The position numbers and the translations under genes were made by a program. From contig JAPORH010000130.1 in NCBI GenBank assembly GCA_026710325.1, forward strand, positions 177 through 64,176: a stretch of DNA of 64,000 bases, given 5' to 3'. Below are positions 1 through 9,425 of the stretch, in pieces. The notes beneath the pieces were generated by a model, which searched no databases, was not told the origin of the DNA, and saw only the letters and a program-made list of their open reading frames with translations. Positions within the stretch are counted from its first letter, which is position 1. Every line of letters starts with the position of its first letter. This DNA comes from Litoreibacter sp. (GTDB taxonomy: Bacteria > Pseudomonadota > Alphaproteobacteria > Rhodobacterales > Rhodobacteraceae).

Positions 1-225
1 TTGACCGGCATAGGCTAGCTCACGCACGGCCTCATAGCGCTGATCATCGCCGAGCAAGGAGGACGACTTGTCTACGCAGACGGAAGTTTTTTCGTCATAG
101 ACCTGTCCGGCTTTACACTCGGTCGATGTTTTTGTGGTCTTCGGGGGAGTGGGGCTGTCGGACCCGGCTGCAAGGGCAAAAGCAGGGGTCAGGCATGCCA
201 CAAGAGCGAGAGTTGTGAGACGCAT
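1..225 (-). CDS. Secreted tetratricopeptide-repeat-type protein, 5' part (runs off the window edge)
   Basis: Not in ORF track. Manual translation from ATG 225: MRLTTLALVACLTPAFALAAGSDSPTPPKTTKTSTECKAGQVYDEKTSVCVDKSSSLLGDDQRYEAVRELAYAGQ; signal peptide; GAGGAA RBS at 236-231. TPR label is from recall of the Rhodobacteraceae family. Confidence 0.7.
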   Translation of the reverse strand, partial: MRLTTLALVACLTPAFALAAGSDSPTPPKTTKTSTECKAGQVYDEKTSVCVDKSSSLLGDDQRYEAVRELAYAGQ

Positions 226-277
226 TTTCGTTCCTCGATTAGAAATAGCTGCATCAAAACCTAAAGCAAAATAGACA

Positions 278-309
278 ACGGGCCATGCAACTTATTGTGC
301 ACGGCCCGT
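278..309 (-). terminator. Intrinsic terminator after the small secreted protein gene
   Basis: Stem ACGGGCC/GGCCCGT with inner pairing, followed on the minus strand by TGTCTATTTTGCTTT. Confidence 0.6.
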
Positions 310-337
310 CGTGAATAAAACTCTGATCTGAGGTGTT

Positions 338-502
338 TTACCCGGTTGGGTTGGCCACACAGATGCCTTTGTCAGCGTCCCAGCTGCTGCCAGCTTGGCA
401 GGATGCAGCTTGCTGATGCTTCTCGTAGTTGCAGCCCATGGCGAGTGCCACCGAAGGGGCGAGGGTCAGGGCCAGGGTCGCGGCGAGGATCTTGGTCTTC
501 AT
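338..502 (-). CDS. Small secreted Cys-containing protein, 54 aa (CBM14/chitin-binding-like motif)
   Basis: Below ORF-track cutoff. MKTKILAATLALTLAPSVALAMGCNYEKHQQAASCQAGSSWDADKGICVANPTG*; signal peptide; AGGAGA RBS upstream; terminator downstream. Confidence 0.8.
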   Translation of the reverse strand: MKTKILAATLALTLAPSVALAMGCNYEKHQQAASCQAGSSWDADKGICVANPTG

Positions 503-584
503 TCTAACTCTCCTTTTTCAATAGGTGAAAAGCTAGCACGCGATTCCGCATTGGCAAAATCACGAATTGCCGCAGGGCAAAATT

Positions 585-1889
585 CTAGTCACCAAAGACC
601 CGAGCGAAGATCGTATCGACATGTTTGGTGTGGTAGCCCATGTCGAATTTTTCGTTGATCTCTTCGACGCTTAGGGCTTTGCAGACCTCTTCATCGGCCA
701 GAAGCTCTTCGCGGAAATCGGTGCGGTGTTCCCAGACCTTCAGCGCGTTGCGTTGCACCATGGAGTAGGCGTCTTCGCGGCTGACACCGGCTTGGGTAAG
801 GGCAAGGAGCACACGTTGGCTCATCACCAGACCTGGGAATTTGTTCATATTGTCGAGCATGTTGTCGGGGAAGATCAGCATCTTGTCGACGACGGAGGTT
901 AAGCGCGCCAGCGCGAAATCGAGCGTGATCGTAGTGTCGGGCCCGATATTGCGCTCGACCGAGGAGTGGGAGATGTCGCGCTCATGCCAAAGCGCCACGT
1001 TTTCCATGGCGGGGACCACGGCCATGCGTACGAGGCGCGCGAGGCCGGTTAGATTTTCGGTCAATACCGGGTTTTTCTTGTGCGGCATGGCCGACGAGCC
1101 TTTTTGGCCCATAGAGAAGAACTCTGCGCCTTCCAGCACCTCGGTCCGCTGCATGTGGCGGATTTCGGTCGCGATGTTTTCAATGGAAGAGCCGACGACG
1201 CCGAGGGCTGCGAAGAAGGCTGCATGGCGGTCACGGGGGATGACCTGGGTAGAAATCGGCTCCGGCTCAAGGCCCAGCTGCGCGCAGACATGTTCCTCCA
1301 CGCGCGGGTCGATATTAGCGAAGGTGCCGACGGCGCCTGAAATAGCGCCTGTTGCAATCTCAGCCCGGGCAGTGCGCAGGCGCGTCAGGTTGCGGTCCAT
1401 TTCCGCATAGAAGCGTGCGAAGGTCAGGCCCATGGTGGTGGGTTCGGCATGGATGCCGTGGGAACGGCCGACACGCAGCGTGTCTTTATGCTCCAGCGCG
1501 CGTTTTTTCAGGGCTGCGAGTAGGCCTTCGACATCGGCGATCAGGATATCGGCGGCGCGGACCAGCTGGACGTTGAAGCAGGTGTCGAGCACGTCGGACG
1601 ATGTCATACCTTGATGAACAAAACGCGCTTCTTCTGAGCCGACATGCTCGGCCAGGTGCGTCAGGAATGCGATGACGTCATGTTTGGTGACAGCTTCGAT
1701 CTCGTCGATGCGGGCCACGTCGAACTCGACATCCTTGGCTTTCCAGACGGCTTCCGCATTCTCGCGCGGGATCACGCCCAGATCGGCCATGGCGTCGCAG
1801 GCATGCGCTTCGATCTCATACCAGATGCGGAATTTGGTCTCAGGCGACCAGATGGCAACCATGTCGGGGCGGGAATAGCGAGGGATCAT
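585..1889 (-). CDS. purB: Adenylosuccinate lyase
   Basis: Starts MIPRYSRP (ATG 1889); signature GSSAMPHKKNP; TKHDVIAF, HQGMTSSD, GRSHGIHAEP. Confidence 0.97.
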   Translation of the reverse strand: MIPRYSRPDMVAIWSPETKFRIWYEIEAHACDAMADLGVIPRENAEAVWKAKDVEFDVARIDEIEAVTKHDVIAFLTHLAEHVGSEEARFVHQGMTSSDVLDTCFNVQLVRAADILIADVEGLLAALKKRALEHKDTLRVGRSHGIHAEPTTMGLTFARFYAEMDRNLTRLRTARAEIATGAISGAVGTFANIDPRVEEHVCAQLGLEPEPISTQVIPRDRHAAFFAALGVVGSSIENIATEIRHMQRTEVLEGAEFFSMGQKGSSAMPHKKNPVLTENLTGLARLVRMAVVPAMENVALWHERDISHSSVERNIGPDTTITLDFALARLTSVVDKMLIFPDNMLDNMNKFPGLVMSQRVLLALTQAGVSREDAYSMVQRNALKVWEHRTDFREELLADEEVCKALSVEEINEKFDMGYHTKHVDTIFARVFGD

Positions 1890-1971
1890 GTCAGGCAGCG
1901 CTTTCGTGATTTGTGTCGGCGTCGGGTGCGTCTTAAACCTCAAGCACAAGGGTCACAAGGGAGGGCAGGGG

Positions 1972-2307
1972 ATGCTCAGGGCATTGTTGGTTGGACTGGC
2001 TCTGACCGGGCCTGCAGCGGCAGAGGAATGGGTCGCGCTGGATGGCGCGCAACTGGAAGCGGCACTCAATGACACGACGCTTCAATACGAGGGCGCGCGA
2101 CAGGTTTTTTACAAATCAGGCCGGACACTGTATGATGCTGGGCGTCCGTCTTGGGGAAATTGGGCGGCGCGCGGCGACAAATATTGTAGTGAGTGGCCGC
2201 CTGCAGCCGGATGGGACTGTTACCGCGTTGAACGCCATTCCAGTGACACAATGATAAGATTTATCTCTGAGACTGGGCATGTAACGGACGGGAAAATTGT
2301 GGAGTAG
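1972..2307 (+). CDS. Conserved hypothetical secreted protein
   Basis: Signal peptide MLRALLVGLALTGPAAA; GGGAGG upstream of ATG 1972; conserved-looking C-terminal YCSEWPP..WDCY. Confidence 0.7.
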   Translation: MLRALLVGLALTGPAAAEEWVALDGAQLEAALNDTTLQYEGARQVFYKSGRTLYDAGRPSWGNWAARGDKYCSEWPPAAGWDCYRVERHSSDTMIRFISETGHVTDGKIVE

Positions 2308-2313
2308 CTGCCT

Positions 2314-2754
2314 ATGGCGCAGTTTCCCAGACTGGAAGATTTTGTGGGCGCATGGCATCTGTCGCGCGTCATCCAGGACCATTTGACGGATACAAAAGGC
2401 ACGCTGACCGGCGAAGCACGATTTGCCGAAAGGGAACCAGGTGTGCTCGATTATATCGAAAGCAAGTCGCTCAGCCTTGGCGCCCAACCACCGCTTGAGG
2501 CCACGCGACGCTACATTTGGGAGCAAGACGAAGGGCGCATTTTCGTCCGGTTCGAAGATGGCCGCGATTTTCACGAGATCCGCGGTGACCGCCTGCTGCC
2601 CGATGCGGAACATTTTTGTGATCCGGACCTTTACCATGTAAGTTATGATTTCACGCGCTGGTCGGCGAAACGCCCCAAATGGCGCGCAATGTGGCGCGTG
2701 AAAGGCCCGCGCAAGGACTACCGGATGATTTCGGATTACACCCGGTCAGCCTGA
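2314..2754 (+). CDS. DUF6314 family protein
   Basis: GAWHLSRVI, FEDGRDFH, HFCDPDLY, WRVKGPRKDY pattern recalled for this family. Confidence 0.7.
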   Translation: MAQFPRLEDFVGAWHLSRVIQDHLTDTKGTLTGEARFAEREPGVLDYIESKSLSLGAQPPLEATRRYIWEQDEGRIFVRFEDGRDFHEIRGDRLLPDAEHFCDPDLYHVSYDFTRWSAKRPKWRAMWRVKGPRKDYRMISDYTRSA

Positions 2755-3428
2755 TGCTCTTCGCGGGCTTTCAGATCAGCGAGTGACTTGCCTTGTTCTT
2801 CGACGAACAGCTCGGCCAGCACTTTGAGGGAGCGGATGCGGTCGACACGGAACATGCGAAAATCCTGACGCAGCTCGCACCAGCAGGATGCGGTCCAGAC
2901 GCGGCCCCAGTATTCCATCTGCAAAGGCCTTACGACCCGCTCTGATCGAGTGCCAGCGTCATCTGAATAGGTGATCTCCAGCTTTTGGCGTGATCGGATG
3001 GCTTTGCGAATTTGCGGCATGAAGCGAAAACCGGCGGCGGCGTCTTGGAACGGGTAGACGGCGAAGCCCCAGCCGGATGGCGGGGTGGAGCGATCTTCGG
3101 GGAGGACCGCATCGATCTTGGCCGACAGCGTCTTGGCCGCGCTGCGCAGCTCATCATCGGCCGCTTCGCCGACGACGGCCATGCCCAGATGCAAGGCTTC
3201 CAGTTCTGTCAGGGTCAGATTGAGAGGGGGCAGGGTGATCGGGGCGGTCATCATATAGCCCAAGCCCCGCTCCCCCGCGACAGGCACGCCGGACAAGACC
3301 AGCGTGTCCATATCGCGGTAGATGGTGCGCACCGAGACCTCTAACCGTTCCGCAAGATCTTCCGCCCGGTGCAAACGCCCGTCGCGCAGGATCAGGATCA
3401 GATCAAAGAGGCGGTCGGTGCGCCGCAT
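2736..3428 (-). CDS. YafY-family HTH-WYL transcriptional regulator
   Basis: N-terminal HTH MRRTDRLFDL...AERLEVSVRTIYRD; WYL domain RPLQMEYWGRVWTASCWCELRQDFRMFRVDRI. Confidence 0.92.
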   Translation of the reverse strand: MRRTDRLFDLILILRDGRLHRAEDLAERLEVSVRTIYRDMDTLVLSGVPVAGERGLGYMMTAPITLPPLNLTLTELEALHLGMAVVGEAADDELRSAAKTLSAKIDAVLPEDRSTPPSGWGFAVYPFQDAAAGFRFMPQIRKAIRSRQKLEITYSDDAGTRSERVVRPLQMEYWGRVWTASCWCELRQDFRMFRVDRIRSLKVLAELFVEEQGKSLADLKAREEHQADRV

Positions 3429-3429
3429 C

Positions 3430-3747
3430 TCAGGCGGGCTGCCAGAGGATATGTTGATGGGTCATCCGCATTGTCGCCTTGTCGATGGCGTCCACCATGG
3501 CGGGCGCAAAGTCTTGTGCCATAAACCCCTCTGAGGCAGCACGTGCGCTATCCAAATTTTCCCATATGACATAGTCGGTCCATTCTCCGTCATCGCCCTT
3601 CGACAGGTTGCGCGACAGAAAACCCGGCATACCGCCGGCATAGGCGTGGCTTGGTTCAGTGAGTGCGAGGTAATCCGCATCGCTGACGCCGGGCTTTAGT
3701 TTAAAGCGGACGATTTCAGCGATTTTCATGTCGGTGGACGGGCTCAT
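3430..3747 (-). CDS. Antibiotic-biosynthesis-monooxygenase-like dimeric alpha/beta-barrel protein
   Basis: EIVRFKLKPG...MPGFLSRNLS...WTDYVIWE pattern; AAGGA RBS; 1 bp gap to the WYL gene. Confidence 0.7.
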   Translation of the reverse strand: MSPSTDMKIAEIVRFKLKPGVSDADYLALTEPSHAYAGGMPGFLSRNLSKGDDGEWTDYVIWENLDSARAASEGFMAQDFAPAMVDAIDKATMRMTHQHILWQPA

Positions 3748-3797
3748 AGCGAAGTTCCTTTTGATTCTGTTTCGGTATGAGCTTTGTAGCTCCGCAC

Positions 3798-3819
3798 TCC
3801 TGACATAAACCTGTCAGGA
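3798..3819. promoter_or_regulatory. Perfect palindrome, candidate WYL-regulator operator
   Basis: TCCTGACA-TAAACC-TGTCAGGA, about 50 bp upstream of the ABM-WYL operon; half-sites CTGACA at 3845-3850 and TGTCAG at 3930-3935. Confidence 0.6.
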
Positions 3820-3980
3820 AGGTTGCTGCAATCGCGAAATTTCTCTGACAGCTCCAAAAAACCCCGCAGGAGCCCCTGATTTGTCCAAGATTGGCGCTTT
3901 CCGCGCGGGCCCTGAGGCCCTAAATAGAGTGTCAGACAATCAAACGGGCGCGAGGCCGCGCCACGGATGGGAGAAAACAC

Positions 3981-4190
3981 ATGTTCAACAATATCACTCC
4001 AGTCGGTCTGATCCTGATCGCAGTCGTCGTGCTGGTTTTGTTTGGCCGCGGCAAGGTCTCCTCGCTCATGGGCGAAGTGGGCAAGGGCATCACCGCCTTC
4101 AAGAAGGGCGTGGATGACGGCAAGAAAGAGGTCGACAACGCCATGGACGCGAAAGACGTCACGCCCGAGGAAGAAAAAGACAAAGCCTGA
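3981..4190 (+). CDS. tatA: Twin-arginine translocase TatA
   Basis: Single TM then LFGRGKVSSLMGEVGKGITAFKKG. Confidence 0.95.
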   Translation: MFNNITPVGLILIAVVVLVLFGRGKVSSLMGEVGKGITAFKKGVDDGKKEVDNAMDAKDVTPEEEKDKA

Positions 4191-4217
4191 TCTGTCTTTT
4201 GAACCGGGAGCGCTGAT

Positions 4218-4715
4218 ATGGGCGGGATAGGTGGCATGGAGTTGCTGATCATTGGGCTGGTCGCGTTGATCGTGGTCGGGCCCAAGGACCTGCCGGGCAT
4301 GTTCCGCACCATGGGGCAATTCACCGGCAAGGCGCGACGCATGGCGCGGGAGTTTTCCAACGCCATGGAAGCCGCCGCTGATGACGCGGGCGTGTCGGAC
4401 GTGACCAAGACACTGAAAGCTGCGACGAACCCGAAGAAGATGGGATTGGATGCGGTCAAGAAGGCGATCGACCCATCGGATTACCCAGAGGGCTCCGAGA
4501 CCCAGAAGCTCGCACAGGAACGTGCCGACGCTGCCAAGAAAATCCACGAAGCCACGGCGAAGAAAGAAGCGGAGAAACGCGCCGCAGCTGCTGCTGCGGA
4601 GGCGGGCGACGCCGAGCCATCGCCAAAGCCTGCGGCGACGAAAGCTGCTGATGCAACGGCCGCTGAGCCAGAGCTGCCTCCCGAAGACCCATCCCCTAAG
4701 AAAGCCGCGTCATGA
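4218..4715 (+). CDS. tatB: Twin-arginine translocase TatB
   Basis: [19 protein letters not shown] motif; between tatA and tatC. Confidence 0.95.
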   Translation: MGGIGGMELLIIGLVALIVVGPKDLPGMFRTMGQFTGKARRMAREFSNAMEAAADDAGVSDVTKTLKAATNPKKMGLDAVKKAIDPSDYPEGSETQKLAQERADAAKKIHEATAKKEAEKRAAAAAAEAGDAEPSPKPAATKAADATAAEPELPPEDPSPKKAAS

Positions 4716-5617
4716 GCGACAGCAACGCGACCCCGGACGATCTGGAAGACAGCTCCGCCCCGCTGATTGAGCATCTGGCGGAACTGCGCACGCGGCTTAT
4801 CCGTTCCGTGCTGGCTTTCCTGGTGGCTATGTCAGTGTGCTTTGCCTTTGGCGGCATGATCCTCGACTTCCTGTTGACGCCGATTGAGAACACGATGCGC
4901 AACCTCGGGAACCCGAACCCGGTGATGCAATACACGGCGCCGCAGGAATATTTCTTCACCCTGATCCGCATCTCCATGGTGGGGGGGCTGTGCTTGGCTT
5001 TCCCCGTGATCGCGTTCCAGATGTGGCGCTTTGTGGCGCCAGGCCTCTACAAGCAGGAAAAGAGTGCATTTCTGCCCTTCTTGATTGCTTCGCCCGTGAT
5101 GTTTCTATTGGGCGCTTCTTTTGCGCATTACGTGGTTGTCCCGCTGGCGATGCAATTCTTCTTGGGCTTTGCAGACCTGCCATCCTATTTCGCGACGCTG
5201 ATTGCGTCAGAAGAAGTGATCGAAGGCGCGCAGGACACCGGCATCGACATTGTCTTCAACGGCAAGGTCAACGAGAGCCTTGATATTACGTTGAAAATGA
5301 TCGTGGCCTTCGGCCTCTGCTTCCAGCTGCCGGTTTTGTTGACGTTGATGGGCAAAGCGGGGCTTGCCTCCTCTGAGGGGCTCAAGAACGTCCGTAAATA
5401 TGCGATTGTCGGCATCCTGACCGTCGCAGCGCTCGTGACGCCGCCCGATGTGACCACGCAGCTTTTGCTCTTCACCGTGGTCTATGGCCTTTACGAGGTC
5501 TCGATCTTCTTGGTCAAACGCGTGGAAAAGCAGCGCGAAGCGAAGCTTAAGGAAGACGGGCTTTGGGATGAAGAAGAGGATGACGAAGAGCATCACGCCG
5601 AGGATCGCGGTCCTTGA
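4712..5617 (+). CDS. tatC: Twin-arginine translocase TatC
   Basis: [26 protein letters not shown] motifs. Confidence 0.96.
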   Translation: MSDSNATPDDLEDSSAPLIEHLAELRTRLIRSVLAFLVAMSVCFAFGGMILDFLLTPIENTMRNLGNPNPVMQYTAPQEYFFTLIRISMVGGLCLAFPVIAFQMWRFVAPGLYKQEKSAFLPFLIASPVMFLLGASFAHYVVVPLAMQFFLGFADLPSYFATLIASEEVIEGAQDTGIDIVFNGKVNESLDITLKMIVAFGLCFQLPVLLTLMGKAGLASSEGLKNVRKYAIVGILTVAALVTPPDVTTQLLLFTVVYGLYEVSIFLVKRVEKQREAKLKEDGLWDEEEDDEEHHAEDRGP

Positions 5618-6453
5618 ACGAAGATGCCTTGCAGCGCATTGCCGAGGCGTTGGAGCGCGTCTCCCCGCCGCCTGGCACTAGGCCCGATTTCTCGGAGGCG
5701 TCTGCCTTTTTGTGGCATATCAGCCCCGACCGGTTGCAACCTGTCGCAAACGTCAAACGCGTGGCCTTGGAGCTGCTGATCGGGGTGGACCGCGCGCGCG
5801 ATACCTTACTCGCCAATACCCAACAGTTTGCCAAAGGCTTTGCGGCCAATAATGCGCTTCTCTGGGGGGCGCGGGGAATGGGAAAGTCCTCGCTTGTCAA
5901 AGCCGTACATGGCGCTGTGAGCGCGGAGTACCCGCTGAAGCTTATCGAGCTGCAACGCGAAGATTTGCCCTCCGTCGGGCGGCTTTTGGGGGTCTTGCGG
6001 GACGCACCCGAGGAACGCTTCGTGCTTTTTTGTGACGATCTGAGCTTTAGCCATGATGACGAACACTACAAATCGCTCAAGGCGGTGCTCGATGGCGGGA
6101 TTGAGGGGCGGCCGGAGAATGTGATCCTTTATGCGACCTCCAACCGTCGCCACCTGATGCCGCGTGACATGATCGAAAATGAACGTGGCTCGGCGATTAA
6201 CCCGTCAGAGGCGGTGGAGGAGAAAGTGTCTCTCTCAGACAGGTTCGGCCTGTGGCTAGGCTTCCACCCCTGCGATCAAGACGAATTTCTGCAGATGATC
6301 CAAGGCTATTGTGACGCGCATGGTGTGACAATCGATGCGGAGACCTTACGCGCCGAGGCGGTCGAATGGCAGCAAACCCGCGGATCAAGATCGGGCAGGG
6401 TGGCTTGGCAATACTTCACCGATTTGGCTGGACGGCGCGGCGTGGCTCTTTGA
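5614..6453 (+). CDS. AAA+ ATP-binding protein (DUF815 family)
   Basis: Walker A GARGMGKSS, Walker B LFCDDLSF, YATSNRRHL. Confidence 0.88.
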   Translation: MNEDALQRIAEALERVSPPPGTRPDFSEASAFLWHISPDRLQPVANVKRVALELLIGVDRARDTLLANTQQFAKGFAANNALLWGARGMGKSSLVKAVHGAVSAEYPLKLIELQREDLPSVGRLLGVLRDAPEERFVLFCDDLSFSHDDEHYKSLKAVLDGGIEGRPENVILYATSNRRHLMPRDMIENERGSAINPSEAVEEKVSLSDRFGLWLGFHPCDQDEFLQMIQGYCDAHGVTIDAETLRAEAVEWQQTRGSRSGRVAWQYFTDLAGRRGVAL

Positions 6454-6469
6454 CGCGAATACAGCCTGA

Positions 6470-6520
6470 AAAAATAAGAAAAACCCGTGATGAGGGGTGA
6501 GGGACATCACGGGCTTTCTT
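6470..6520 (-). terminator. Intrinsic terminator hairpin with C-rich loop, U-tail on the minus strand
   Basis: Minus strand GCCCGTGATG-TCCCTCACCCCT-CATCACGGGT-TTTTCTTATTTTTT; core stem 6484-6492/6505-6513. Confidence 0.75.
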
Positions 6521-6640
6521 AAACGATCGCTTGGAAATGACGTTCGAAATACTCACTAACCAATACAGCTATTGATACCTTTTACGCGTCTCAACTGGCC
6601 ATATTCTAAGAGGCGGTTGCGGAAGAAATTGGGAAGTGTT
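6470..6640 (-). ncRNA. Candidate CtrA-controlled small RNA (5' end approximate)
   Basis: Non-coding gap between convergent genes, bounded by tandem CtrA boxes upstream and a terminator with anti-SD-like loop downstream; no credible ORF. Confidence 0.4.
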
Positions 6641-6672
6641 GTGTTAAATTTACACGGAAATTGTCACAGGTA

Positions 6673-6710
6673 TTAACCAAAGGTTAACGCGAAGGTTAAC
6701 CAGTGGTTAA
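6673..6710. promoter_or_regulatory. Two tandem CtrA binding boxes (TTAA-N7-TTAA)
   Basis: TTAA-CCAAAGG-TTAAC at 6673-6688 and TTAA-CCAGTGG-TTAA at 6696-6710 (reads TTAA-CCACTGG-TTAAC on the minus strand). Confidence 0.75.
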
Positions 6711-6728
6711 TGCCTCGATCCAGGCCAA

Positions 6729-7871
6729 TTACTGGAAATATTTCTGCGGATTAACGCTGTCGAACCCTTCGCGAATCTCGAAATGCAAAAAGGCCGGTGA
6801 GCCGCTGCCAACCTGCGCGATTCTTTGACCGCGCCGCACCTTATCGCCCTTCTTGACGGTGATGTTCGAGATGTTGGCGTAGACGGTCAGAACATTGTTG
6901 GGATGCCGCATCACAAGAATGGGCACCTGCTCGGTATCGCGCGTGATGGCTGCAACCGTTCCGTCTGCGGCGGCGGCCACGGGCGTTCCTGCGGCAGCCG
7001 CTATGTCGATCCCCTCATTCTTGCCCTTCTTATAGGGGCGAATGATCTCGCCGGAGACCGGGCGAGCGAATTGGGGTGCTGTCGCAACTTCTGGTTTCTT
7101 CTGCTCAGGCGCTTTGGCCGCAGGTACGGGGGCTGGCAGCGGGGTAGAGGCCGAAGGCGGCGTCGGGGTCGCCGTTCCCTGTCCGGGGGCAGCCGCAGGC
7201 GCTGCGGCCACAGGCGTCACCTGGGCCTCCTCGTCGACCACCGGGATGAGCAGGAATTGATAAACCCGCACTTCAAGATCAGGTCCCAGCCCGTTCCATT
7301 CGGCCAGCGAGCGCACCGAGACCTTGTAAAGCCGCGCAATCGAGAAGGCTGTTTCGCCTCGCGCGACGCGGTGACGAAGTGGCTCTGGCCCGTCTATCCG
7401 TTTGGAAGGTTGAGCTTGGGCGATGCCGCCTTGCGCAGCAGGTGCGCGGTCAATCGCGCTGGTGGCGATATCTGCGATGTTTCCGCTCGATGTCCCTGGC
7501 GCGGCTGGGGCGGGCAGGGAGGCTGGCAGTAGCAGCGTCTCGCCACCGATGAAGCTGTCTGCCGGGTTAAGTCCGTTCAACCCGGCGATTTCTTGTACGT
7601 TGCCACCGACCCGTGCGGCGATGGAGGCAGTCGTGTCGCCACGGCGCGCCACAGCAACCTGATAGTTGGGGTAGGAGATCACCCCACGCGTGTCCGGCGC
7701 GGGCCTTGCCAAAGTGGCTTGCCGCGCCGCATCTGACGTATCGAGCCCGCCTGCGGCGCCGCGCAGATCGAAATCGAGATTTGAGATGGAATTGTTGATC
7801 GTGTCGCAGGCGGTTAGCCCAAACCCAACTGCTATCAGTGGCAAAATCTTGCCAAATCGCGTGTTCCGCAT
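6729..7871 (-). CDS. nlpD: LysM/M23 peptidase-domain lipoprotein (NlpD-like)
   Basis: Lipobox GLTAC; two LysM repeats; C-terminal M23 domain (GIDIA, LHFEIR); follows surE-pcm. Confidence 0.85.
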   Translation of the reverse strand: MRNTRFGKILPLIAVGFGLTACDTINNSISNLDFDLRGAAGGLDTSDAARQATLARPAPDTRGVISYPNYQVAVARRGDTTASIAARVGGNVQEIAGLNGLNPADSFIGGETLLLPASLPAPAAPGTSSGNIADIATSAIDRAPAAQGGIAQAQPSKRIDGPEPLRHRVARGETAFSIARLYKVSVRSLAEWNGLGPDLEVRVYQFLLIPVVDEEAQVTPVAAAPAAAPGQGTATPTPPSASTPLPAPVPAAKAPEQKKPEVATAPQFARPVSGEIIRPYKKGKNEGIDIAAAAGTPVAAAADGTVAAITRDTEQVPILVMRHPNNVLTVYANISNITVKKGDKVRRGQRIAQVGSGSPAFLHFEIREGFDSVNPQKYFQ

Positions 7872-7917
7872 TGCTCTACCCTCTTACCTGACCCGTATCC
7901 TCGGACCTTACGGTGTT

Positions 7918-8571
7918 TTAGTCTTGCCCCAGCCCCTCTAGCAAGGGGACAAATCGTACCGGCATTAGTTCTTCGTAATCAAAGCTTTGCTCCAGCCGCG
8001 TCACCTTTATGAGGTGTTGCACGGTGTCGGATTGGCCAACCGGTACTACCATGATACCGCCCTCGCGCAATTGCGCCAAGAGCGGCCCTGGCGGGTCTTC
8101 GGCGGCGGCCGTCACAATGATGCGGTCAAACGGCGCTTGTTCGGGCAGACCGAAGCTCCCATCAGCGGTCAGCACGGTGACATTGGTGATGTCCATGGCT
8201 TCGAACATCTTTTTGACAGGGCGGGTGAGGGCTGCGTGTCGGTCGACAGTGTAGACGCGGCGGGCCAGATGGCTCAGCACGGCCGCCTGGTAGCCGGAGC
8301 CGGTGCCGACCTCGAGTACCTTGTCGCGTGGCGTGACGTCCAGCGCTTGTGTCATCATGCCAACGACCGAAGGTTGGCTGATCGTCTGCCCGCAAGAGAT
8401 GGGAAGCGGCATATCCTCATAGGCGCGCTCGGAAAAATGGCCTGTCACGAAAGCGCCGCGGTCAACCTTTTCCATCGCCGTCAACACGCGCTTATCCATC
8501 ACGCCTTTTGAGCGCAGCGCGTAGAGGAACTGCATCTTGCGTTCCGCCTCGGATATCGCGTCGTCGGTCAT
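7918..8571 (-). CDS. pcm: Protein-L-isoaspartate O-methyltransferase
   Basis: [31 protein letters not shown]. Confidence 0.96.
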   Translation of the reverse strand: MTDDAISEAERKMQFLYALRSKGVMDKRVLTAMEKVDRGAFVTGHFSERAYEDMPLPISCGQTISQPSVVGMMTQALDVTPRDKVLEVGTGSGYQAAVLSHLARRVYTVDRHAALTRPVKKMFEAMDITNVTVLTADGSFGLPEQAPFDRIIVTAAAEDPPGPLLAQLREGGIMVVPVGQSDTVQHLIKVTRLEQSFDYEELMPVRFVPLLEGLGQD

Positions 8572-9365
8572 CCGAGCTTGGCTTGAAGTGCCGAGAGTTG
8601 GTCATGCGCGGTCAAATCGCAGCGCATCGGCGTGACGGAGATATAGCCATCGAGATTAACGGTCGCATCGGTGTTTTTGCCCGAACCCACATTTTGCGGG
8701 TTCCCTTGTATCCAAAGGTATTTGCGCCCGTTTGGCGGCAGGTGGGATGTCACCCCAAACCCGCCAGATGGCCGCCGCCCTTGCGCGACGACGCGTGTGC
8801 CTTTGACGTCTGACGCGGGGACGGGCGGGAAATTGACATTGAAGAATGTGTTATACCCGTGGGTGTGGCCGCCGCCGCCCCAGGCCCCGTGGGCGAGCAA
8901 ATCTTGCACGAGCTTGGCCCCATGTTCTGCCGCCGCCTCAAACGGGTTTTCGAGCTTTGCATTGGCCGGGCCGAAATATTGCGACATGGCGATGGATTTG
9001 ACGCCTTGCAAGGCGGCCTCCATGCAAGCCCCGATCGTGCCAGAATAGACGGTGTTCTCGGCCGAATTGTTTCCCTTGTTCACCCCTGACAGGATCAGGT
9101 CGGGTGGTGCGTCGGCCATCACATCATGGAGGCCTGCAAGAACGCAATCGGCGGGTGCGCCCTCAGCCGCGAAGCGGCGCTTTCCCATTTGTGCGATCAT
9201 GGTGGGGTGGGCGTAATTGATGCAGTGGGCGACGCCGGATTTCTCGAAGGCAGGGGCCACGGTCCAAACCTCGCCATCTGGGCCGGCGACGGCTTGAGCT
9301 ATCGCACTCAACACTTCTAAGCCCGGCGCATTGATGCCGTCATCATTGGTGATCAATATCCGCAT
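8568..9365 (-). CDS. surE: 5'/3'-nucleotidase SurE
   Basis: [29 protein letters not shown]. Confidence 0.96.
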   Translation of the reverse strand: MRILITNDDGINAPGLEVLSAIAQAVAGPDGEVWTVAPAFEKSGVAHCINYAHPTMIAQMGKRRFAAEGAPADCVLAGLHDVMADAPPDLILSGVNKGNNSAENTVYSGTIGACMEAALQGVKSIAMSQYFGPANAKLENPFEAAAEHGAKLVQDLLAHGAWGGGGHTHGYNTFFNVNFPPVPASDVKGTRVVAQGRRPSGGFGVTSHLPPNGRKYLWIQGNPQNVGSGKNTDATVNLDGYISVTPMRCDLTAHDQLSALQAKLG

Positions 9366-9425
9366 TGCGCCAACCCTTCCAAAGCAGCTGCTTCAGACCT
9401 AGAGCAGGTGCAAGGTGTGGTAAAG

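Noticed and set aside
6510-6570. 14-codon TTG-start ORF (MVSEYFERHFQAIV) inside the candidate sRNA
   Set aside because: Nearest SD-like AAGGT is about 14 nt away; chance ORFs of this size are common.
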